Below are positions 57,841 to 64,000 of a DNA stretch of 64,000 bases, piece after piece. The stretch's first letter is position 1, and each line of letters begins with the position of its first letter. Source of the stretch: an uncultured delta proteobacterium (GTDB lineage Bacteria > Desulfobacterota > Binatia > Binatales > Binataceae); assembly GCA_963794325.1 (NCBI GenBank), contig CAWCDG010000004.1, forward strand, positions 832,001 through 896,000, written 5' to 3'. Both the position numbers and the translations under genes were made by a program. The notes beneath the pieces were generated by a model. That model was given only the letters and a program-made list of their open reading frames with translations, ran no database searches and was not told the DNA's origin.

Positions 57841-57882
57841 TACGGTTGCCGCGGGAACGCCGGCGGGGCAAGGAGCAAGAGC

Positions 57883-58212
57883 ATGGCAGAATTTGATTTG
57901 TCGGCATTGATGCAGCAGGCGCAAGCGCTGCAAGCGCGCATGAAAGAGATGCAGGAAGATGCGGCGTCGAAAACCGTCGAGGCGCAATCGGGCGGCGGGA
58001 TGGTCAAGGTGGTCGTCGACGGCACGATGCGCGTGCGCAAAATTGAAATCGACCCGGCGATCGTCGCAGCCAACGACAAGGCGATGCTCGAAGACCTGAT
58101 CGTCGTCGCGATCAACGACGGAATCGCGCGTGCGCAGAAGATGCTCGCCGACGAAATGAGCAAGCTCGGTCCGCTGGGCGGCATGCAGATTCCCGGCTTC
58201 GGCATCGAATGA
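57883..58212 (+). CDS. ybaB: YbaB/EbfC nucleoid-associated protein
   Basis: LMQQAQ.LQ, SGGGMVKV, MLEDLI..A.ND; between dnaX and recR. Confidence 0.95.
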   Translation: MAEFDLSALMQQAQALQARMKEMQEDAASKTVEAQSGGGMVKVVVDGTMRVRKIEIDPAIVAANDKAMLEDLIVVAINDGIARAQKMLADEMSKLGPLGGMQIPGFGIE

Positions 58213-58225
58213 CGAGGCGCGCTTG

Positions 58226-58849
58226 ATGGCGGAAAACCTGAAGCGCCAGGACGGATTGCCGCCGGCGATGACCCGGCTGGTTAAAGAGTTGTCGCGATTG
58301 CCCGGGATCGGTGAGAAGACCGCGTCGCGGCTGGCGTTCAATCTGCTCAATCGTCCGCGCGACCAGGTGATTGCGCTGGCGGAATCGCTACTCGAAATGA
58401 AAGAGCGCGTCGGGCTGTGCTCGGGATGCTTCGGCCTGTCGGACCATCCGCGCTGCCAGATTTGCGACGACGAAGCGCGCGAGCGCGAGGTGATTTGCGT
58501 CGTCGAGGGTCCGGCGGACCTGATGGCAATCGAGCGGGCGCGCAGTTTTGGCGGCGTGTATCACGTGCTCAACGGAGCGCTCGCGCCTCTGGACGGAATT
58601 GGTCCTGACGATATCAAGCTGAAGGAACTGATTGCGCGCGTGAGTCCACCGGCGGTTGTGCGCGAGGTAATAGTCGCGACTAACGCGACCGTCGAGGGCG
58701 AGGCGACCGCGCTCTATATCGCGCGCGTGCTGAAGCCGCTCGGCGTGAAGACGACTCGGCTCGCACGCGGACTTCCGGCCGGCGGCGACCTCGAGTACAG
58801 CGACTCCGCGACACTGACCAGCGCGCTAAGCGGCCGCCGCGAACTCTAG
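58226..58849 (+). CDS. recR: Recombination mediator RecR
   Basis: LPGIGEKTA.RLA, C4 Zn finger, ICVVE, YHVL.G...PLDGIGP, EGEATA. Confidence 0.97.
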   Translation: MAENLKRQDGLPPAMTRLVKELSRLPGIGEKTASRLAFNLLNRPRDQVIALAESLLEMKERVGLCSGCFGLSDHPRCQICDDEAREREVICVVEGPADLMAIERARSFGGVYHVLNGALAPLDGIGPDDIKLKELIARVSPPAVVREVIVATNATVEGEATALYIARVLKPLGVKTTRLARGLPAGGDLEYSDSATLTSALSGRREL

Positions 58850-58896
58850 CCTCCGGCGTGCTACCGAGTTCGGCGGCGCGATGCTAATCTACGACC

Positions 58897-59127
58897 GTGG
58901 CTGAATTACCTGTCATTCTGACGCCGGGCGAAGACGGCTTTATCGTTGCCGAGTGCCCAATTATCCCAGGTTGCATCAGTCAGGGACGAACTCGAGAGGA
59001 GGCGCTTCAAAACATCCGTGAAGCGATCGAGCTTTGCCTGGAAAATCGCGAGAGCGAGGGCTGGGAATTACCCGCCGAATACGAGGTTGTGCGCGTCTCG
59101 CTAACGGAATCGAGTTCTCCTAAGTAG
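58897..59127 (+). CDS. hicB: HicB-like antitoxin (short, no DNA-binding domain)
   Basis: EDGFIVAECP.IPGCISQG.T.EEAL.NI.EAI. Confidence 0.9.
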   Translation: MAELPVILTPGEDGFIVAECPIIPGCISQGRTREEALQNIREAIELCLENRESEGWELPAEYEVVRVSLTESSSPK

Positions 59128-59171
59128 CGCTGGACGCTCCAGTTGCCCGGCCGTTTCCGCGAATCCGCCAC

Positions 59172-59381
59172 ATGCCTACGATATCGGGACGCGATTGTGT
59201 CAAGGCGCTCGTTAAACTTGGCTACCGGCAGGTGAGACAGAAGGGTAGTCACGTCCGCCTGGTTTGCGAGGGTCGTAATCCGGTGACCGTTCCGATGCAT
59301 CCGACGCTTGACCGCGGCACTCTGCGGGCAATTATTCGGACGGTAGAAATAACGGTAGCCGAGTTCGCAGCGCTGCTCTGA
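59172..59381 (+). CDS. hicA: HicA mRNA interferase toxin
   Basis: K.L.KLGY..VRQKGSHV, VTVP.H, GTL..I. Confidence 0.92.
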   Translation: MPTISGRDCVKALVKLGYRQVRQKGSHVRLVCEGRNPVTVPMHPTLDRGTLRAIIRTVEITVAEFAALL

Positions 59382-59456
59382 TCGCAGCGCACGACTTGCG
59401 CGACAAAAATGCTTGGCTAGAATTCTGAAGAGCCTCGTTTTCGCGCAATTACTTCT

Positions 59457-59828
59457 GTGCCAACAATCTTCGGCCACTTCACAAGGTCATCAAGGCGGTT
59501 GAGCATCTACGCGGTTGTGACGACGCTCGGGATCACGCTGTCGGCGTGCGGGCCGTCGAAACCGATGACGCCGGCGCAGCGGGGACGAATCGTGTACATG
59601 ACGAACTGCGTGGTTTGTCATAACGCCAATCCCAATCTGCCGGGCAGCCAGGGACCGCCAATCGCGGGATCGTCGCGCGAGCTGGTTTACGATCGCGTGA
59701 TGTTTCTCAAGTATCCGCCGGGTTACACGCCCAAGCGCACGACGCATGCGATGCGTGCGCTGCCGCAGTTGAAGGATCGGATTGATGATCTGACGGCGTT
59801 TCTGGCGGAGGCAGCGCAGCAGAAGTAG
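59457..59828 (+). CDS. Monoheme cytochrome c lipoprotein
   Basis: LSAC lipobox, CVVCH heme motif, candidate distal Met; start uncertain. Confidence 0.85.
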   Translation: MPTIFGHFTRSSRRLSIYAVVTTLGITLSACGPSKPMTPAQRGRIVYMTNCVVCHNANPNLPGSQGPPIAGSSRELVYDRVMFLKYPPGYTPKRTTHAMRALPQLKDRIDDLTAFLAEAAQQK

Positions 59829-59867
59829 GGCACGAGCGAATATTGGATCGTGCTTGAGGCCGAAGAA

Positions 59868-59901
59868 CCTAACCCCTAACCCCTTCCCGAGCGGGAAGAG
59901 G
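59868..59901. repeat. REP-like element CCTAACCCCTAACCCCTTCCC-GAGC-GGGAAGAGG
   Basis: CTTCCC/GGGAAG hairpin preceded by a duplicated CCTAACC unit; single copy in this window. Confidence 0.5.
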
Positions 59902-59922
59902 AACCGGATTTGGGAAGGAAAA

Positions 59923-59952
59923 CGGAGCCGCCGATGTTGGTCGGCGGCTCCG
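59923..59952. terminator. Bidirectional intrinsic terminator
   Basis: 12-bp perfect stem CGGAGCCGCCGA/TCGGCGGCTCCG with GAAAA upstream and CTTCGTTT downstream, between convergent genes. Confidence 0.8.
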
Positions 59953-59985
59953 CTTCGTTTGAAGACAGTTGTCAGGCGGACTTGG

Positions 59986-60684
59986 TCAGCCCAGTGTGAC
60001 CTTGATGATTACGATCAGCAGGATCCAGAGGATCAGGCCTGAGTGGATTGTTCCCGCGACCGAATCGAGCGGCTTCTTCATGGCGCCTTGGGTGCCGATT
60101 AGCGCGTTTGCTTCTACCAGGAAGATCACTATCAGCGTAACCACCAGCCATCCTGTGATACCTGTCGACGTCGCCTCGGTGAACAGCGGGTAGTGGCTTG
60201 CGGCGCCCATGAAGAACAGCATCGGGATCGAGAAGAGCGTGTTGGTGCGCGAGGCTAATCCGGCGCGGCGTCCCGACGCTGCTGCGGCGGGATTTGCGGG
60301 TGCTCCGCCGGCCATCGCAACCGCGTTGGCGATTACGATTTTCTGATTCGGCCAGATGACGAACCATACGTTGGCCCACATGACGAGTCCCATCAGGCCG
60401 CCGGTGAAGATTGCGACGGTCCATGGCGTCATCGCGTAGTCGAGGCGCATCCCCCACCACATCAGCAGGTACAGCAGTCCGAAAATCACCGTCCCCATTG
60501 CGCCCCATCGAAACCACCAGAGCGCCCGCGGGACCAGTTTCTGGATGGCGCCGCTGCGGACCGCTGGATCAGTCTCGCCGAAGAACGGCGTCTGCACGAA
60601 ATTGAAATAATAGAGCAGGCCTATCCAGGTGATGCCGAACAGAAAGTGCAGAAATCTGAGCAGCATGAGAACAAGGTCTTGCAT
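59986..60684 (-). CDS. Urate_ox_N (PuuD N-terminal-like) integral membrane protein without fused cytochrome c
   Basis: R.LH...GITWIGLLYYFNFVQ, LWWFRWGA, M.ANVWFVIWPNQK, ASRTNT..SIPMLFFM. Confidence 0.8.
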   Translation of the reverse strand: MQDLVLMLLRFLHFLFGITWIGLLYYFNFVQTPFFGETDPAVRSGAIQKLVPRALWWFRWGAMGTVIFGLLYLLMWWGMRLDYAMTPWTVAIFTGGLMGLVMWANVWFVIWPNQKIVIANAVAMAGGAPANPAAAASGRRAGLASRTNTLFSIPMLFFMGAASHYPLFTEATSTGITGWLVVTLIVIFLVEANALIGTQGAMKKPLDSVAGTIHSGLILWILLIVIIKVTLG

Positions 60685-60914
60685 TAGAATTCTCTCCCTC
60701 GAGTTCGCTGCCAACTAATACTGTTTAGATCGAAATCTGTTTTTCACAGCATGAATCGTTTTGCAATAGAGTGAGATTTGGCTTTTCCTCAGCCAAAAAA
60801 TTCGACTCAGGACCGGCTCAGGCGTAAGGTCAAATCACAGACCCCAACCGGGAGCTGCTCAACATTCAGCGGGGCCGCGAATCTCGATTCCAGCCCGAAA
60901 GGACGGTTTTCATC

Positions 60915-61496
60915 ATGGCATTCAAACTTCCCGAACTTCCGTACAGCCTGGATGCGCTCAAGCCTCACATTTCGTCGGAGACGCTCGAGTACCATCACGG
61001 CAAGCATCACAACGCCTACGTCACCAAGCTCAACGAGCTGATCGAGGGCACCAAATTCGCGAACGCATCGCTCGAAGAGATCGTCAAAACCGCGGAACCG
61101 GGGCCGATGCTCAACAACTCGGGACAGCACTGGAATCATTCCTTCTACTGGAAGTCGATGAGTCCCAAGGGCGGCGGCGAACCCAAGGGAGCGGTAGCTG
61201 ACGCGATCAAGAAAGGCTTTGGCGATTTCGCGGCGTTCAAGAAAAAATTCAGCGAGGCGGCGGCCGGCCACTTCGGGAGCGGATGGGCATGGCTGGTGCG
61301 CGCGAAGGACGGCTCCGTCCAGGTGATCTCGACCCATGATGCGGGATGCCCAATCCGCGAAGGTCAGACGCCGATTCTCACCTGCGACGTGTGGGAGCAT
61401 GCGTACTACATCGACTATCGCAACGCGCGCCCCAAGTACGTGGAAGCTTGGTGGAACCTGGTTAACTGGGACTTCGCCAACGAAAATCTGAAATAG
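60915..61496 (+). CDS. sodB: Superoxide dismutase, Fe-type
   Basis: YHHGKHH.AYV, NN..Q.WNHSFYW (Fe-type Gln), FGSGWAWL, DVWEHAYY.DY.N.R. Confidence 0.93.
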   Translation: MAFKLPELPYSLDALKPHISSETLEYHHGKHHNAYVTKLNELIEGTKFANASLEEIVKTAEPGPMLNNSGQHWNHSFYWKSMSPKGGGEPKGAVADAIKKGFGDFAAFKKKFSEAAAGHFGSGWAWLVRAKDGSVQVISTHDAGCPIREGQTPILTCDVWEHAYYIDYRNARPKYVEAWWNLVNWDFANENLK

Positions 61497-61519
61497 GCGC
61501 GTTTGAGAGGGGAGAATCT

Positions 61520-61698
61520 AATGTGGGGCTGCGCGCCCCGCACCCTCGGCAGGGGTGACCCCTGCACCCAACAATTGGCACCCCACGGTTCTCCCACGAA
61601 ATAGTTCTAACAGGCCCGTCAGGCCGCATCTTCCCTTTTCTTAATACTGGGTGCAGGGGTCACCCCTGCCGAGGGCGTGGGGCGAGGAGCCCCACATT
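61520..61698. repeat. Inverted doublet of a 51-bp palindromic unit (REPIN/BIME-like)
   Basis: 61520-61570 and the reverse complement of 61648-61698 differ at 4 of 51 positions; each unit has GGGGC/GCCCC and GCAGGGG-TGA-CCCCTGC hairpins. Confidence 0.85.
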
Positions 61699-61713
61699 CA
61701 GAATAATCCTGCG

Positions 61714-62529
61714 CTAAATCTGCGCCGCTGCGGCTGGCGAGACGGCGGCGTGCCGGCGCGAGCGGTGGGGCATCGCCAGGCGGTCTGCGATGACGCGGTA
61801 TACGTCGGCGTTCAGACCCATTCCGACGTGACTGCCCATCACCTCGACGTTTTCAACCGTCAGCGTGCCGCTCAAATCGACGCAGCTCTCCCAGTGCACG
61901 ACGCCGTCGGTGCGCGAGTAAACGTGCGTGGTTGGGACGTCGGCGGGCGATTCGTCGCTCAACAACAGTCCGCACTGGCATTCCTCGCTCAGGCATCCGA
62001 CGGCCTTTCCGCGAATCGCGGCGACCGATCGGGCCACTGCCTGTACGGCGAGGTTGGCGTGGAGACGCGGCTGCCTGATTGGCGATCCGAGCGTGATCAC
62101 GCGCTCGACCATGTCGGGCTGCTCGCGCGCAATCTCGCGCGCGTAAACGCCGCCGAGGCTTTGTCCGATCACGACGACCGGTTGGTCGAATTTTTCGTGA
62201 GCGAGAGCGAGCCGCTCGTTCAATTTGCGCATCGTCTCGCGCGGGCATTCCGAGTTCGACAGGATGCCGGCGTAAACCGCGCGATGGCCGAGCCATCGGC
62301 AAAAATTCGCCAGCGGTGCGAGCGTCATGTCCCCGGCCATGAACCCCGGAATCAGCATGACGACCTTACTGTCGCGTGGACGTACCCGCGGCCACGGATG
62401 CGCCAGTGCGCCGAGCCAGTAGATGCTGGCTTCCAGTGGAACGCGTAACTCGCCTAAGGCGTCGAGCATCGAAGGTCTTTTTGGCTGTAAATTATTCCGT
62501 ATAGAAGTTTGCGCGATACTTGGAGTCAT
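61714..62529 (-). CDS. Alpha/beta hydrolase (lipase/PGAP1-like)
   Basis: LIPGF, GQSLGG, ITLGSP, YSRTDGVV, SHVGM; AAGGAG RBS. Confidence 0.9.
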   Translation of the reverse strand: MTPSIAQTSIRNNLQPKRPSMLDALGELRVPLEASIYWLGALAHPWPRVRPRDSKVVMLIPGFMAGDMTLAPLANFCRWLGHRAVYAGILSNSECPRETMRKLNERLALAHEKFDQPVVVIGQSLGGVYAREIAREQPDMVERVITLGSPIRQPRLHANLAVQAVARSVAAIRGKAVGCLSEECQCGLLLSDESPADVPTTHVYSRTDGVVHWESCVDLSGTLTVENVEVMGSHVGMGLNADVYRVIADRLAMPHRSRRHAAVSPAAAAQI

Positions 62530-62970
62530 CTGTCTCCTTTGTCGGCAGTCCGCGCGGGCATCGGCTCAAGCGACGGGCACATGCAGGGCGAAACCGCAGC
62601 CTCATCATCCCATGATCCCTCTGGATCAAACATAATCATCCTTTAACCATCCATTCAAGCATCTCTAATGCATCCTCTGATGATTTCGTAGGCATCGGTG
62701 CCGTACGGCGCGAAATGACCTGCGCATTAAGGCAGCAATTGCACCCATAAGAACGAAGATTCTTACGGAACCTCGTAAACTCTTCGTTTTATTTTCGGGC
62801 AATCACGAGGCGAAGATTTTCGATGCGTAGGAGAATCTGCCGCCATTTTGGCCAAGGGACTTGCCGAATCCGTGGGCAAGAATTACCTGAACGAAATTGG
62901 AGTGTTCTTAACGCTGGACGGTTTGCTAACGTAGCCGCCGCAACATCTCAAAACTCTTCAGAGGTACAAA

Positions 62971-63957
62971 ATGGAATTTGGAGTTCAGCTCGGCGGCCTG
63001 GAACCTGCCCAGTATCGCGCGCACGCTCAAACCGCGGAGGCCCTTGGCTACGACCTGATTGTCTTCCCCGACCATCTCGTCAACGAGGGTCCGGATAAAC
63101 AACTCGACGTCAAATCGCGGGCCTTCGACCATATCGTGATGGCCGCCTCCGTGATCGAGGCGACCAAAAAGATTCGCGTCGGACACCTGGTGTTATGCAA
63201 CTTGTTTCGTCATCCGTCGATCACGGCGCAGACCCTCATGACGCTCGATCAGCTGAGCGGCGGCCGGCTCGTCGCGGGTCTCGGATCGGGATGGACCGAG
63301 ACGGAATTCAAGATGAGCGGGATACCGTTCCCACCGATCACCGAGCGTCTGCGGATGCTCGACGAAGCGATCGCGGTAATCCTGTCACTATGGAAAAACG
63401 AGCGAACGACCTTCGACGGTGAGTTCTATCATCTCAAGGATGCGATCCTGTGGCCTAAGCCTGTGCAGCAGCCGCATCCGCCGATCATCCTGGGCGGAGG
63501 TGGCAAAGGCCTGCTGCGGATCGCGGCAAAGTACGCTGACTACATCAACATAATTCCCGAGGCGGGCAAGCGCGGCCACATCTCGATGGAAGTCGTGAAG
63601 CACACGACCGACCAATCGTTCCGCGAAAAGGTCAGCTTCGTGCGCGACGAAGCCAAGAAGCTCGGGCGCAAGCCGGACGCGGTGAAAGTCAGCAACTTCG
63701 TTTTCATGACCGTGATATCTGAGTCGAAGGAAGCGACGCGCAAAACTGCCGAGATGATGGCGCCGATGTTCCAGCAGACCGCCGACGAGATGCTCGCATC
63801 GCCGGTGATCCTGATTGGCACGCCCGAGGAATGCATCGTCGAGCTGAAGCGGCGCGCGAAGGATTGGGGCACGTCACAGATGATTTTCACCGGCGAAGTC
63901 GGGCAGAACGAAAAGCTGATGCGCGATCTGTACGAAAAAGTCCTCGCGCACGTGTGA
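62971..63957 (+). CDS. LLM class flavin-dependent (possibly F420-dependent) oxidoreductase
   Basis: AEALGYD...PDH, FRHP, LDQLSGGR...GLG.GW, PKPVQQPHPPI.LGGGG. Confidence 0.93.
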   Translation: MEFGVQLGGLEPAQYRAHAQTAEALGYDLIVFPDHLVNEGPDKQLDVKSRAFDHIVMAASVIEATKKIRVGHLVLCNLFRHPSITAQTLMTLDQLSGGRLVAGLGSGWTETEFKMSGIPFPPITERLRMLDEAIAVILSLWKNERTTFDGEFYHLKDAILWPKPVQQPHPPIILGGGGKGLLRIAAKYADYINIIPEAGKRGHISMEVVKHTTDQSFREKVSFVRDEAKKLGRKPDAVKVSNFVFMTVISESKEATRKTAEMMAPMFQQTADEMLASPVILIGTPEECIVELKRRAKDWGTSQMIFTGEVGQNEKLMRDLYEKVLAHV

Positions 63958-63980
63958 ACGCCAGGAAGGGGGGAACTGCC

Positions 63981-64000
63981 ATGGAATTTTCAGTCTGCAT
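63981..64000 (+). CDS. Start of next gene, truncated by the window edge (MEFSVC..., possibly another LLM)
   Basis: ATG after a G-rich RBS; N-terminus resembles MEFGVQ of the preceding gene. Confidence 0.4.

Noticed and set aside
60720-60775. Fur/PerR box between the PuuD-like gene and sodB
   Set aside because: AT-rich, but only a weak match to a 7-1-7 palindrome; not supportable by eye.
60807-61400. 197-aa ORF antisense to sodB
   Set aside because: Shadow of a highly conserved gene.

Overview
GC-rich bacterial chromosomal window. The gene content (DUF1329 protein, CaiB/BaiF CoA-transferases, acyl-CoA dehydrogenases, LLM oxidoreductase, Rieske oxygenase) resembles Candidatus Binatota/Deltaproteobacteria-like soil bacteria; this is inference only. 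Layout: (1) 1-21.5 kb, a Wzx/Wzy-dependent exopolysaccharide locus (Wza, Wzz/GumC, ExeA-like ATPase-LysM, degenerate CpsD-like kinase, WbpB/D/E-like trio, priming transferase, flippase, GT4, polymerase, modifying enzymes, Crp regulator, secreted beta-helix protein). (2) 21.5-23.7 kb, an AT-rich block with three small HTH_17 (Xis/BldC-like) genes and no integrase. (3) 23.7-34.7 kb, an accessory block: hydrolase/TetR, DUF1329, frameshifted USP, TolC-MFP-RND and a P-type ATPase remnant. (4) 34.7-45 kb, an aromatic catabolic cluster with a GntR/FadR regulator. (5) 45-64 kb, mostly core genes: recQ, AraC/VOC pair, DUF2089-DUF4097, aguBA, PQQ dehydrogenase, SRP RNA-dnaX-ybaB-recR, hicBA, cytochrome c, PuuD-like protein, sodB, REP-like repeats, LLM. 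Best novelty candidate: two ~116-aa signal-bearing ORFs with a shared C-terminal P[YF]x5RRx(1-2)LxPS..D motif. Each precedes an envelope-protein gene and is followed immediately by a sequence complementary to that gene's Shine-Dalgarno, which suggests an arrest-peptide translational attenuation system. All annotations come from reading motifs by eye; no searches were run.
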